From Chrysomallon squamiferum (lineage: Eukaryota > Animalia > Mollusca), in assembly GCA_012295275.1 (NCBI GenBank), contig CM022672.1, forward strand, positions 25,730,001 through 25,794,000: a stretch of 64,000 bases of DNA, in the 5' to 3' direction. Below the pieces are notes generated by a model. That model saw nothing but the letters and a program-made list of their open reading frames with translations. It searched no databases and was not told the DNA's origin. Made by a program: the position numbers and the translations under genes. How positions within the stretch are numbered: position 1 is the stretch's first letter; the number at the start of each line of letters is the position of its first letter. Positions 12,601 to 25,832 of this stretch are shown here, piece by piece.

Positions 12601-15600
12601 ACATTTTTACTACTACATGTATTTCAGACAGGTTCCCTGATCCCTTGAGACCATACAAAATATAACTACAGAACCTTAAACATGTTTATTGGTGGTGAAA
12701 CATCTTCATGTGCCTAGTGAACAGTAAGATAGTAACCATTCACCATATGAACACATACTGCTGCTGTTTTTCTGCAGACTAATTACAATACAAGTATGAA
12801 TGGCCTATTGCATGGTAGTTTTCATAGATGTGCTAAATATGAAGCTAAGACATGGTGTTCTCTTCAAAGGAAGAACACATACCTACTGTTGTCTGCATCC
12901 ACAGTAAGGGATAAGTTTATCTTTGATCTCCAACTTAACAGTTTTGTGTTAATTATAGAAATAGCATATGACAGAACTTTATAAAGTTTGTAAATCGTAA
13001 TTTAAAATATATTTAAAAATAACAATTAACAATTTAGTAAGTATTTTATAAAGTGCATGCTGTATGAAATAATTTTAAAAAAATAAAATCTTTTTCTAGT
13101 AAAATAATAACAGAAATTTAATAATTTTAAACCGTATCAAATAATTTAATAATATCAAAACTATAGTATTTATTTTAATTTCTAGACATACCTTTAGGTT
13201 CAATGATAAATCTCTTAATAGCACACATCCTGTTAATATGGCTAGCTCATCGGATATTGAACTTGTCCCTATCAAATTCAGTTTTATTTAAACCTAAATG
13301 ATGACCAGCTTCTCCTTATATGAGACAATGTTTAATCCAAATTCACAGGTGCTGTCAATATTTACCCATATACTCATTAAGACTATTAGATCTACCTGGG
13401 ACCTTTGCAACAACATCACAATTAGTGTCAGGTAAAGAATTAGTCTTGATCATACAACAAATGATCTTTTGAAAATAATAAAATGAGGTACTGCTGATGA
13501 TTACCTGTCTTTGTTTTACTGTGATCAGCTTGTTTGTTATTTACTAGTATTTTCAACAGCATGCATCAGGCACATTTCCCAAGGTGTTAGGTGTTTTAGA
13601 TCAAAATGACACCCAATGTGACAAATTAAACACCAGCACATCTGGCCATTTTTTCTCCTATCTGCTTAAATACCTATTTCTTATTTTCACCTCAAGTTAA
13701 ATAAACTTTCAGTAGTCAAAAGAAAAATGGTTCTTTATAATGGATTATCTTTAGATTGGTTTTCAAAACAATAACACTTTTTCTAAACTGCTCTAGATGA
13801 CTGAACAACTGAATTAGAAAACAGATGGAAAATTTCATATCAACACCACCTGTGTATAGTTTTCAGCTTAAAAATTTAAATTTAAAACCATTAAGTTGTA
13901 ATAAATATTCATACTTTTAAACAGACATATTTTCATTTGTAACAATTTGAAATGACATTTTATTCACTCAACCATATAAATATAAATTTGAAATATTAGA
14001 TAGAATTTTACAAATTTTTGATTTGATTTATGTTTATCAGTTAAATTATAAATATGTTTTTGATTATTTTATTCATTGTAAAGTGACATATTAGTAAATT
14101 CTGCCAGTCAATAAAAGTATTGCTCTAAGTAATATACAATTTATCACCCAATATGTTAATTATTGTAAGTCACCAATACACTATCATAAAGTTGTTGATA
14201 AGCATATCTAATTAGCATTAGCACATTTACTTGATCAGCATATATTTATAAACAACAAATTATTATTTTTAAAATATAAATGAAACATTTTTAAACATAT
14301 ACTTAGTCTAAAATAACAAAAATAAAATTGCTATGAAAAGATAATATTCCAAGTGATGACAATTAAATAATGTATTGAGTTCAATCAAAATCCAAACTAT
14401 TCCTAAGTTAAAGATACATGAGATATTAATGACAAATATTTGATATACATATATAAATAAATAAAAGACAAACCTCCATAGAATGTAGACAAGAGCACCA
14501 TGTTGACAGGAATGACTGATAAAAGTGAACTAAAAGAACTGATGTATCAAAAGCACTATCCAAGAAGCATTCCCACAATTCTAAGTTACGTAACCAGTAT
14601 GGAACATACAATGGTGTTGTATTGTTTGTTGTTTGTCTAATTAAACACAGCTTTTTACTACTTATGATAAACACAAACACAGTTTCAGTGATAATGTTTC
14701 CCAGATGTTCCTGGTAATATCACCAAAGTCATGTGACTAAAAGAACACATCAGCCAATCAGAGACAATGAAAAAAGTGAACCAATAAAATAATTTATTGT
14801 CCCATATTTCACACCATTTTGCAATTCTACCTGAATTTCTACAGGTGAGCATAAAAATACAAAGAACAATGATGCCAGACCAGGGGTTCCTCCCTCACCC
14901 TAGGTTCCTGCCAGGAACTAGATCCTCGATGTGGTTTTTAACACCCACTTGTGGCCCGAGTGGCCCCTATGATTAAAGGATAGTCTAGGTAATTTCCTTT
15001 GTAACACCCTAATGACAAGTGTGTTGTTTCTATAATTGGAGGCATGTGGGGGGTATCAGTTCCTCCCTGGCACCCTCCAGGAACCATTGTTGTAGGTTTC
15101 AACAGATTTATTATTAACATTGTGTGCTTTATGACGGATTTCAAAGAATGCATATTGTGAGTTATGTTTCATTCACATGTCAGAGGTAAACCTATTTCTT
15201 TAAAACTTGTTTAAAATAACAGAAAAAAGCTAATTAATTTTTTTTTTTTATCAGCATGACTAATATTAAAAATTCAATTTTGAATAATTTATTATTATTA
15301 TTGATATTATTATTTTAAAACCATGTTAGTTTAGACAGGACCCACATTAATAATTTTCTCATAAGAATTTTTATTATTATTATTGTGTAAATCAAGCTAT
15401 AATTCTTTATAGATTTCTTTAAAGCTTGTATTTTACAATAAACATATATAAAAAATATGGTGTGTGTTAATTTAATGTTCATGCTACAGAGCACTGAATA
15501 CTTGATGACCAATGAGTTAAGTGTAGTCCAAAATCTCAAATCTTCTTAGTGTCAAATTTAAAAACAAATCTTTCTAGCTAATCCCTTGGTTAATCAGATA

Positions 15601-18178
15601 ATCTTTGAAAATTCACACATTATACAAATAACATTTATACATGAAATAATTATGAAGCAACAACAAAGATGTATTTATTAATTAAAAAATAGAAATATAT
15701 TAATATGCATATGTAAAGCAAAAAAGCTTTTGTTCTTTTATAGAAAACTAATTTATAAACTATAACATTTTGCCCAAAAAAAAAAAAAAAAAAAAAAAAG
15801 AAAGAAAGAAAGAAAACACCTTTCTTTAAAAAACAAAGTTTGAAATAATCCTTATGACTGAATTTTTGTTCACTACTCTTTAAGTATGAAATAATCCTTA
15901 ATAATGAATAATAATGAAAATTAACAATCAATTCTCTAGCCTAAAAGCATATTAAACTCAAGAAAAAGAAATCACAATACACAAGCTTCAGGTATATATA
16001 CTGTAAGTTTCATCAGTGGGGTACATATGGTTTTATCCAGGTGTGAAAAGTGTGGTGTGACACCAGTAATCACAGCCCTGCCTTGACAAGCTGATATTCT
16101 AAACAGTTTATTGAATAGATGCAGTTGTGATTTTCAGTTTACCTTGCAGGTGAGATATTGTCTGTGCTATTGCAGATCTGTGTATTTCATTATTTTCATA
16201 CTGCAAGGATGTCCATTGTTTAATATGAATTCTCATAAAATATAAAATACAGAAACTTTTCCTAATTTTCAGTTTACTGCTAAATAAATAGTTAATTCTT
16301 AATTAATTTTCTTACTTTTCCTGGGTGAGTGTTGGTATACAAATAGATTAAATTAGTATTTAAATTTGTTATGCTGAAAGCATATAAATGATTTTTGTTT
16401 AGAGAGAGGTATTTTATTCATTAGCATCTGCAGTGACTTACAGGGAATTTCTTTGTGAAGGTGAGTACAAGCTTAGCATAGTATTTATTTATTTATATTA
16501 TTTCCCTTCTTTATAAAGAGATATAAATATATTTGCCACAGTGATGTAACCCCTTTTCTGAAATTCTTTAACTGCTTCTGTTTATTGTTTAATTTAAAAA
16601 TTTGCTTTCAAAAATATTTTTAATAAACACTTAAGTTTGCATACACTATAGAGAATTATGCTTTAAATAAAGTACTATTCAGACATTAAAAACATTAGAC
16701 TTTGAAGAAACAAATTTAAAATGTTATCCAACAAAAGTATATTTCAGTGAAAAAAAAAATGAAGAAATAATAATAACAATATTAATAAATTATATCTTTT
16801 CCATTTGTTAATCTAATCAGTCTTTTAAATATGCTTTCCAGAATAGTTGATGTAGCTTGAAGAAAGGATGTATCAGGTTTACTTTATGAAACTACAATTC
16901 TGTAAGTTTGTTAACAGAACTACTAAATAACTCTTTTAAAGCATTAATCCTTTATGTTATATGATTAGCTTATTAACTGGAATGAACTGATGTGGAAGAT
17001 TTCTCAAATAAAGTTCTGACAGGTGAACAAGCAGGCTGATTTATGATGAATTGATGAATAAGTTAACATAACAAAATAAATGGATATAAATAATTGTCAA
17101 AGATGCATCTAAATGTTTATCTTTTTGATCGATTATTTGTTATCGTTACCATTTTTAATTATTCATGTTCTTTTAATCCTGATATGTGATTTGAAATCAT
17201 TTAGCTGTGATACGTAACAGTTTATCAAATCAAATGTCCCCAAGAACACAGGAATGATCTGTTTAATGAAACCTAAATATATTTTATTAATAATCATTAT
17301 ATGTAAAATATGTAAATCATATACTGAAGATTTGAGAAAAAAGACCTACTGCTGGCAATCAACGGACTACTCATGTAATATTTCACTTACTGATTTAGTA
17401 AACATATGACATATTATCATAACACAAATTATCATGTTCTACAACATTAAACCTAATTCTTGTCCATATTACATTTTACAGCAATGCAAATAATTAAATT
17501 TCTTATCCTCAGAGATAATTACAAATGTATTAAATCTGAGAAAGTCCCTCTAGTCACAAAGAAAAAATGTATTGACTGATTAATAATGACCCAAAACTAT
17601 CATTTTAGTTCAGTATATTTTAAAATCAGCTTGCTTGATAGTTAATGAATTGCATGACAGATTGTCAGGTGTCTTTCAGTAGCAGATTACTGGAGTTTTA
17701 TCAGACATGTACATGACAAATGAGGACAACTGCTGCTGATGATGGGAGGAAATTACTAAAGAAAGCTGGTGCTGATAATCTCCTGGGAGAACCATGGAGA
17801 GAGACCCCCTCATTAATGGATGCTTACATGGTTATGCCCCTTTTCACAGATGGAGAAATTTGAGTGATATCATTCCAGGTTATCATTTTACTATGTAATT
17901 AATTATTATCAATGACAGAAGATCATTAAACTTGTCTCCAGAGAAAAGTGAAGATTAAAAATAGATAAAAGATGATAAGTGTGAAAATGTTGTAGGATGA
18001 TCTCCAAAGTGTCATACTGTAATCTAATCTCTTAACATTATCTTATTTTGAATATTAAATTTAAAAAAAATATTGTAATAAATATTTTACTTATAGAATC
18101 CTTTTTTTAATAAAGAGAATGGATGATCTAGCAAAACAGCAAGCACAAAATATTAATTATGTTCATATTACACACAAA

Positions 18179-18219
<41 letters not shown>

Positions 18220-18475
18220 TCACAAAAATGTTCTAATTATTGACAGTAATCATACCTTGACTTTGCAAAACCTTTTTCTTCCTTCCTCTGCTTGACTCCA
18301 GACTGACATTTTCATTGCTGTAGTGACTCTGTACAGGGAACACTTCTTCAGATCGCAGTGCCGGCAGTTCACCCACTTTAAGTCTCTTGTAAGGACTGAT
18401 GAGCCCACGTTCAAAACTTTCTTGATCTAAATTCTCATTGGATGTAATCTCTCTCCTCTTCATACAATTTTCCAT
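1599..18475 (-). CDS. PsGEF: Multi-exon gene encoding a C2-PDZ-DH(RhoGEF)-PH protein, PsGEF-like / RGS3-N-terminus-like; 811 aa with first coding exon 18256-18475, 763 aa with 10071-10146
   Basis: 15 common exons total 2216 nt, all GT-AG with consistent phases. Adding 220 or 76 nt gives 2436 or 2292 nt, both multiples of 3. The C2 sequence (GQLKIS...RLLVSVW...FLGCMSFGVKHL...GWYYLL) closely resembles the RGS3-type C2 as I recall it. The C2-PDZ-DH-PH order matches Drosophila PsGEF. The symbol rests on architecture, not on a phylogeny. Confidence 0.85.
2144..2351 (-). CDS. PsGEF: Coding exon: PH domain N-terminal part (VFQLCQEERHLIYRGEM...MLLFSDVML...EPLFL)
   Basis: ttacag| acceptor, G|gtatgt donor; R-x-L-I-x-x-G and LFSD motifs typical of DH-associated PH domains. 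Confidence 0.92.
2465..2670. repeat. Degenerate intronic minisatellite, unit about 34-35 bp
   Basis: ATCTAC(A/T)AAGAATGAGTC-like cores near 2473, 2507, 2574 and 2643, with decayed copies between them. Confidence 0.75.
3114..3373 (-). CDS. PsGEF: Coding exon: end of DH domain plus Ser-rich DH-PH linker (GMRSCVNN...IQDRLVFSQNIP)
   Basis: ttttcag|GA phase 1 acceptor, CCT|gtaagt phase 0 donor; open frame matches the ORF track. Confidence 0.9.
3672..3825 (-). CDS. PsGEF: Coding exon: DH domain CR3 region (EPKLEEGQPSISAFVYRPIQHIKELFQVLQDI...)
   Basis: ttacag|GAA acceptor, G|gtaagt donor; RPIQHI aligns to the DH CR3 KPVQRI motif. Confidence 0.92.
4099..4344 (-). CDS. PsGEF: Coding exon: DH domain middle (LVTFSEYHIKQM...AYETYASGL...DFMRFVK)
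   Basis: tttcag|TTG acceptor, AAG|gtaaat donor; YxxY and FxxF DH-like pattern. Confidence 0.92.
4683..4862 (-). CDS. PsGEF: Coding exon: DH domain start (QKKQEAVHRLLSLELDF...LFQNIEK)
   Basis: ttgcag|ACT acceptor, AAG|gtattg donor; CR1-like helix and LFxNIE motif. Confidence 0.92.
5193..5478 (-). CDS. PsGEF: Coding exon: PDZ last strand (RSGTKLVLDVQR) and acidic PDZ-DH linker
   Basis: attacag|G phase 2 acceptor, AGA|gtaagt donor; 286 nt open in the expected frame. Confidence 0.9.
5771..5958 (-). CDS. PsGEF: Coding exon: PDZ domain (VHMYRGKNGYGFSV...SPAKMGGLKKGDYIIKVNG)
   Basis: actcag|GTT acceptor, AA|gtaagt donor; GYGF carboxylate-binding loop and GLxxGDxIxxVNG signature. Confidence 0.95.
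6209..6264 (-). CDS. PsGEF: Small coding exon, C2-PDZ linker (NHPHIPVINKDVLGMEPVT)
   Basis: atttcag|AT phase 1 acceptor, ACA|gtaagt phase 0 donor; needed to keep the frame between its neighbours; not in the ORF track. Confidence 0.88.
6491..6593 (-). CDS. PsGEF: Coding exon: C2 end (EVNGWYYLLTEEVGRKKHLQV...)
   Basis: ttctgcag|GAA acceptor, A|gtaggt donor; GWYYLL...GRxKHLxV as in the RGS3-type C2. Confidence 0.93.
6957..7017 (-). CDS. PsGEF: Coding exon: C2 (LSEFLGCMSFGVKHLMNPNK)
   Basis: ttcttccag|T phase 2 acceptor, AAG|gtaaat donor; GCMSFGV motif. Confidence 0.93.
7891..7959 (-). CDS. PsGEF: Coding exon: C2 (ELLEEDHNKRLLVSVWHKDESGT)
   Basis: ttttcag|T acceptor, AC|gtaagt donor; KRLLVxVW motif. 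Confidence 0.92.
8906..9000 (-). CDS. PsGEF: Coding exon: C2 (MSLVPDDSRRTRCKTGIVQNSNNPDFDEKFSF)
   Basis: gttttag|ATG acceptor, TT|gtaagt donor; KT...NPxFxExF C2 signature. Confidence 0.93.
9527..9585 (-). CDS. PsGEF: Coding exon: C2 (VVQGRNLSSNWKPVCDAYAK)
   Basis: atttcag|TT phase 1 acceptor, AAG|gtaagt donor; GRNL and CDxYxK C2 motifs. Confidence 0.92.
9891..9941 (-). CDS. PsGEF: First common coding exon: C2 start (GQLKISAYMNFGLLTVH)
   Basis: ctttcag|GT phase 1 acceptor, G|gtaagt donor; GQLxxS...LTVHV start of C2. Confidence 0.92.
10071..10146 (-). CDS. PsGEF: Alternative first coding exon B (MVLYGSESTDSSQDQMSRRSVFFQK|G)
   Basis: ATG at 10146; AAG|gtgaga phase 1 donor in frame with 9941; possible acceptor (taacag) directly before 10147; CCAAT cluster upstream. 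Confidence 0.65.
10376..10429 (-). promoter_or_regulatory. Cluster of four CCAAT boxes, putative internal promoter for exon B
   Basis: ATTGG at 10379, 10400, 10406 and 10424, all CCAATC on the minus strand, about 230-280 nt upstream of the ATG at 10146. Confidence 0.5.
13192..13228 (-). CDS. Candidate alternative first coding exon (MCAIKRFIIEPK|G)
   Basis: ATG at 13228; AAG|gtatgt phase 1 donor in frame with 9941; short enough to arise by chance. Confidence 0.35.
18256..18475 (-). CDS. PsGEF: Alternative first coding exon A (MENCMKRREI...SPYKRLK...RGRKKKVLQSQ|G); the exon probably starts at acceptor 18488
   Basis: 73 protein-like codons; tttgcag| acceptor 13 nt before the ATG; AAG|gtatga phase 1 donor in frame with 9941. 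Confidence 0.72.
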
Positions 18476-18619
18476 TCCTTTACTGCCACTGCAAATACAA
18501 TAGTCACAAGCATTATTAATTTGTCAAATGTATTGTGACAGTTTACAGTAAAAACCAACATTACAAAAGTTAAAAAATTAAGATAGGAAAAATAAATAAT
18601 ATTCATAATATTAAAATGA

Positions 18620-18650
<31 letters not shown>

Positions 18651-21600
18651 TGTGGAAGCTTAGGGACATAACTCTTATTGAAATTATGGGGAATAACTGC
18701 AAAAATAAAGTTCATTAACAAACAAAAAAACCCTATTTTGGGGGGATTTTTTGCTTATACAAAATGCATTATTAAACTTCAAGTTAATATCCCTAGTACT
18801 AATAAAATATTGCATAATCTATATAAATTAATGTAATGAAAAACCTTACATACAACCTATGCTAAAACAAGCATAATGCTTGTAACCCAGTTCAGCATGG
18901 AGACTAATATTTAGTATTACCAACATGTTGCCAACACAATATCCTATCCAAAAGTAACTGAACTGTTTATTACTATATTTGTATGTAAGATTGAAATCAG
19001 GAAAAAGGAAACTCATATTACTGGTTAAGGATTCAGAATAAGAAGATTAATCAAGAACCATTTAATATATTAATTTAACACAAGGAACTTCAAATCCATC
19101 AAAGAAAGTTGAGATCTCAGATCAGTTTATGTTTATGCTGTCTGGCTGGTTCTAGAGATATCTTCTTTTAATTCCTTGTTTTTGTATTTGTACAGCATTA
19201 ATTAATAGAGCATTTAGTTTTATTTGTCTTATTCAACAACCCATAACCTTGTTTTTCTAATTTATCTCCACTAATGTGTTTGAGAATAACTTTCTATCCA
19301 AACAGAAATGAAGATTAAATTGTAATTTTAAGTAATCTATCAAGATTACTAACAACTTGTTTCAACATCAAGAGACAGTTAGGGACTCCTGTGTCTGGTG
19401 GATCATCAGTCTACATTCAAACTGAGAAAACATTTGTCATCTTACAGTTCCAAATCCTTTCATCTTCTTTTCACATGATTAAATTCAAGAAAAAGCTAAT
19501 CAGACTGAGCCAGACTGGAAGCTAAAACTTGGAAAGTGGTTCTGTGATTGGTTCTTTTGGCTCATGTGATTAAAGCTAGCCTACTAAACTCATAGAGACA
19601 AAATCTGTCTGGCCTAAATGATTTTGGTAAACTGAAAAAGGTTTTCTGATTGGCTGATATTTGTATCATCTGACCACAGCTAGAATTCCCAAAACAGTAT
19701 GGCAGACAAGAGTTATTTAGGTTGTTTAGGGAGTAATGAGTAAACAAAGAGGTTAATGGAGTTAAAACCAACAACATCAAAAAAGCCCAATTTATGTTAG
19801 TTTACAGCTAGCTATATTATGGTCACATTCACATTGACCATGAACAGTAGTTACAGTGACACATTTTTGTACTGAACAGTTCCTTATACAGTGAATGTTT
19901 GGAAAATAACAGATGAAAATGTGGTGTATATTATTAGTATTAAATATATCAACAGTTTTAAGTTCCTGCCTTTTCTTAATCACAAAAATATTCTATCACT
20001 GATATTATTATTATTATTCTATTTTATTTTATTTTATTTATTTGGTTGGGGTAAAATACTTTTTAATCTAAATAATTGTATTATATGTGATGGAAGAAAC
20101 AATTCAATAGCTTTCAACAGAATCATATTATGTTAGTCATGTCAGTTTAATTAATATTTATTTTTGTTACTCCAAAGATGATATCTTTCAATGTTGATGC
20201 CAAACAAGAATACTGGATCTTTTCAAAACTGAAATCACTTGTAAAAACACCATTGGTTCATTTAAAATGTTGCAGATATGTGTTTCTCATTATCAGGGCC
20301 AAGTTTTTACATTATTCCACCAATTAATACAGAAGCCAGGCAACACATCTTAGGTCAAATGGTCAGATGTTCAGGATGAGTGGTAAAAGTATCAGTTCTA
20401 ACCTTGTGACAATAAAGAACAAGACTGTATCAAATTATTCTTACATAATCAAATAGTGATTTAAAAAGGAAGTGTGATTCCTTTAACTTAAAAATTCTGA
20501 AAGAATTATTTAAATAAAACTAACATTATTACTCATATGTATGCACAATGAGAAAGAACGTGCTAGAGAAAATGCTGAGTGAGAGTGAGCTAAAAAGTGA
20601 AATAATTGATAAAATATTAGCTTGCTTCAGATATATTACATAACAGTTTCACTGAAAGGCAATACTACTATTGTAAAAATTTCCTAATTTTCAAATCACT
20701 AGAGTTTTGTCCCCTATTTTTTTAAAACAGTAGTCAGGTAACACCCTGCAGTGTTGGCCAGTTAGTACCATAAGTCTAAGTCTTTTTACAGTCCCATTTC
20801 ACAGCAGGCAAGTCCTCTGTTACACAATACAAATTATCTGCCCCTTTTAAGTGCCTGGATGCATGTGGGTTGCCTTTTTTGATCAAATGTCTTTAATGTC
20901 CTTAAATTTGTTACTCCAACCTCTTCCAGGGTTACCCCCTGCAATGTTAGCAGCTCATAACTTGCCCTTAATAACTTGAGAACTTATCAAGTTTCTTTGA
21001 ACTTGGAAATCTTGGCTTTGGTTTAATAATATACAGCACACTTTTGTTTAATTATGAAATAAATAAGAAAAAGAATGTATGTGAAATTTGAACTTTGTCT
21101 TAATATTAAAAGCAAACAGAAAAACATTTTTTATCAATAAAAATAATGTTGTATTTGTAAAGTTTATAACAAAATGTTTGATTGTGTATGACAGTTTTAT
21201 GTGATGGATGTTTTTTCATTCTCTTTTTAGCTAATATTTTTTTTCCTCTTAAAACATGTTTACTCTTGTCACTTACAAACATGATGTCAGCTGCTGGGCA
21301 TTTTGTAAAGCTATTTCCTGTGGGACAGATGTATATATTTCAATCTGATCTAATCAAAACTTTGGTCAAATATTGTATTGTAATGTATTTCCACAAATCT
21401 TTTTAAAAAATAATTTTACAAAGTTATAGGAATGTTATTTATTTTATTTAGAAAAGTTTGTACAAAGCCTCAGGCAGATGATGATGACCAGACAAAGGAA
21501 CAAGAGAGTTCCTGTCATGTGAATAGATGTTTTCATTTAATAGGCGAAGTGTGGAACAACATACAGGTAACACACAGACACAGTCACAGATGTAAGCTCT

Positions 21601-24600
21601 TTGTCTTAAACCCTTAGGTAATTTCATCTACAAAAACAAAATAGTGTTGTGCACAAAGTGAATTTTGTGTTACAATTCAGAGGAAGATAATAATTATATT
21701 TCAACATATGTTAACCAAGGAAGGAAACTGCAGGCTGTTTTCACTGCTAACACCTTCTCATGTTGATATTCCTCACACTTGTTGTTTTAACTCGTTTCGA
21801 TATTGTGTCAACGGCATGTGGCAGCAATTAATATATTTGGATATCTCAATGGTTGTTTTGCTTTAATTTATTTTGTCAATATTATCTAGAACAATGTTTG
21901 TACATAGTTGCATGGTTAGATTAACATGCTGTTACTAGTGGAATGTTCATTTCGTTTTTCTGTACATAGTAAATCAGGGTTTTGTAAAAAATATTTAAGA
22001 AGAATAGTTCTCTTTTCTGTTATTAGAGTTTATTACACAAAACAAAATATTCAGAGACTTTTATTTCATAAATATTTCTTTATTAATTATTTGAAGTTTT
22101 CTGTAACACCTTGGAAGTATCCATTCAGGTTTTGTTCTTTGCTTTTGTTCTTGACAGGTGAAAAAAAAAAAAAGGCAGTGTTAAAAATAATTAGTAGTTT
22201 GTTATCATTTTTTAAACTTACAAAAAATCTAAGAAAATATCAATATGGCTTTGTTAGCACAATGAAATATTCATATTTCTACCCAAAATTCATTTAACAC
22301 ATTTAATCTTTCATTAAATTTTTAGTTTGTGGTGGGTAGTTTTGACTGAAAGTACCAGTTAAAACTACAAATATTTAAACATTTATTACAAAGAGAGTTA
22401 GTGAATGTGGCTGAAAGACCAAACCTGGACATTGCTGGTTCATCACAAATGTATTCAAGAATTTTCCCTGCATCAAACAATGTAACCATTCTCATAACCA
22501 AGAGGAAAGCCTGTCCAAACACTCCAAGTCTCTAGGCAAACATCATCCACATCCATCTAATCCCTTGTTGGCTTCTGCAGTGTCCTCACATTATTAATGT
22601 TAAGCCAGCTGTGACCTCCAGCCAACACTGACAGGGACCTTTAAGGGATATACTGGATATTTACTTTAAGAGCAGATGCGGTCCTTCTCTGTGCCTATCA
22701 TTTTGTGAAGCAGCCATCACATAAATACTAGTTGTATTATAATATATAGTCCATGTGTTGAAAGGTTTTGACTAATGGCAGTGAAACAAAATACTGGTGA
22801 TACAAAACAATGTCAATTCAAGAAGTTGACTGAAAAACCCTTGCTATGTAATGAAGCAATATAATTTCTTATTTGTCCATCCTCCATGCAATTTCCAAAC
22901 CATTTGGCAGTGAAGGAATACACTGATGTAAACAAACTAGCAGATGTTAAAAAATCACCTGTTGTTTGGTCACAGAATCTGCATATTAAAATGTGGAATC
23001 AGGATACAAATTTGCATGTTTTAAATGGTCTCTTTTCTGTTATTCACTTTGCATAAAGCACTTAGCACTAAATACTTGAGTAGAATGTTGTTATCACCAG
23101 TCATAAAGAATACAAAGTGAAAGATGGCAAATACAACTCAGCATTGTTGCAATGCAAAGTATGCTTAGATCTTAGTAAATTATTCACATTAAATTTAATG
23201 ACTGAAAAAAAAAAAAAAAAAAAAAAAAATCTTTTAACAGATCTCACATACATTTTAAAGTTATATAATATCCTGATTATGAGATGTTACTGGTAAGCTA
23301 ATTTAGAACATTTACAGCATTAGAACAATGTTAAAGAACTACTTTGAGAAGATATAAAAAATGTTTAAATGAAACTCTTTCATTTCAGTGCTGAAAGAAA
23401 CAACTGTACAACCAAAGAAACATAATTATGTGAACACACACATGCAAGCACACACACACACAGATGTATGTATGGACATACGGGAAATACTGACTGATGC
23501 TGTATTTGTATACTATTTCAGTGAAAGAAATGACACTATTCCATGATTTTTAGCATTCTGTTTTATCCATTTAAAAAAAATTTAAAAACATTCTGACCAT
23601 TGCAAAGTTTCCCATATATGCATTTTTTTTTTTTGGTTCCAGGATCATCCAGGAACTGCTAATTCAACATGAATGTATGACACAACTAACACTTAACCAA
23701 GCATTGTGCCAGTATGTGTTGTAACATTAATCTTATCAGAAGCATCCAATTTCAAACATTTAACAATATATTACAGTGACTTATAACAGATAATTACTAT
23801 AGGTATTAAACACTTTATACATAAGCCAGACTTAACTACTATTTTAAAAAGCCAAATTACTTGATGCATAAGATCAAATATGTTTTGTGCGCCATTACCA
23901 GATCACTAAAATATTGCATTATTAAATTTTTATTATTTCTAAATCTAAATATTAATTATGAATTGTATCTTTAGTTAAGATACACTTAAGAAACAATGAC
24001 ATCACAAAATAATTTTACAAAATGGTCTGATTTACAAATTATTAAAAAAAAAAAAGAAGAAAAGGAAATAGCAAAGTAAATTACTTTTAATAGGCAGATA
24101 AATAAGCCCACTAACATTGCACACAGAAGAAATATTTCAATGCTGAACATAAAGAGAAATTAAGGTGAATAATAACCTTGTTGTTATTTTAAATTAAAAA
24201 CATATACAGATCTATCTTCTTCAATAATTCTGTCCTTATAATCCTCAATAATTAAAATAAGTATATCTCACTAAGAAATGATTATAAATAATGAACCCCT
24301 TGTTGTGAGAAGTACTGCTATTTTATCAGCAATTAAACAGTATAATGTCTTTATGTTCCACCTCTAAAAACTATGTTTTAAGAGTTATCACAGAGGGCAG
24401 TGTTTTAAACAAGCAGTTCTAAAACAGTTTAATATTGTAGTTCACTGTTGGTGGCCATTATAACGTATTGGGACTCAAGTGGTCAAAACAACGATAAATT
24501 CAATTTAATGTCTTTAGTACAAAACATTTAAATAGCAGTAAATTGTCTTCTTCTCTTACTGTTGTTAAAAACAGGTTTTCCACACACACAGGTGCACAAT

Positions 24601-25776
24601 ATCACCTTCTGGTCCACCTAGCCTTTATTTCAAGGGTACATCCTGTGGAGAAAATAGATGGAAGGCCTTGGGGCTGTTGGCTTTTGTTGTAATTTGTTAC
24701 AGGTAATTTAATCTCCATGCCCAAAAGTCTGTCAGTGATGGATTATAAGATGATTTTTGATGCTTTGAAGTCCTAATTCTATTTGCTAAATATTACATAA
24801 GGTGTTAAATTTATAGTGAAGCCACATATTTGGTGGGTTTTTAAAAATAAATAAATAAAAAATACAAATGTTAATCATCTTATGAATCTTTGTTAATATT
24901 AAATTCATAAATTATTTTAATAAAAGAGTATAATACAGTACAAATGATTTTAATTTTTATATTGCATTCTGCTTTATTAATATAAAACCCCAAATGTCTT
25001 TATACAATTAACAATAATTTAAAGTAATGAACAGAATTATATGAAACAATGCTATATAATAACATGTATGAAATAAAGTAATATTTAAATGTATTTAATC
25101 AAAATATAAAATCATGAAATTTTAAATGTTTAAAGAAAGATATATATGCTTGTAGCAGGATAATTTTAATTTTTTCTCTTTTATTCAGATAAAATGAAAA
25201 AGATAGAAAGACAGTGATAAAAAAAGATTCTGCACAATTGTCTTTAATAAACAGAAGAGGGAACAACAATCTTTCTGAAATAACTATTTAAAAGAGCTGT
25301 AACATAACAAGATTCTATAATGAGGGACATTCTTCCAAGACCTATTTATCTTCTGTGTTGCCCTCCAGCACAAGATGGATTCAGATTCCCTAGAGGAGAC
25401 TGACATCTTTGATTGATATTGTATTGCAATCTATCACAGACCAAGCTAGTGAAAATTGCAATTAGTACAGAATGGTACATGCTGGTTGGAGAAGCCCACA
25501 AGACAGATGTATCTCTAATTTACCTTGCTCATTTAATAGCTCCCTATTTTAACTGCTCTTACTGACAGCCAGACAAATAAAAAAAAGCAATAAGTTAATA
25601 GCTAGACAAAATAACAAACAGTTTGGACTTGATTACAACCTTTCACGTTATTGATGGTCATATTTTCAGAGAAATATCCTCAGGTAATTTATAATCTCCA
25701 TCATTAATTTTATGCTTGTATCTTGAGATTTAATGTAATCCATTTGATTATATTTTAATTGGTATTGCAATGATCA

Positions 25777-25777
<1 letters not shown>

Positions 25778-25830
<53 letters not shown>
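25778..25830. repeat. (AAT)n microsatellite
   Basis: Seen directly; similar tracts near 9600-9650, 49015-49060 and 50059-50125. Confidence 0.95.
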
Positions 25831-25832
<2 letters not shown>

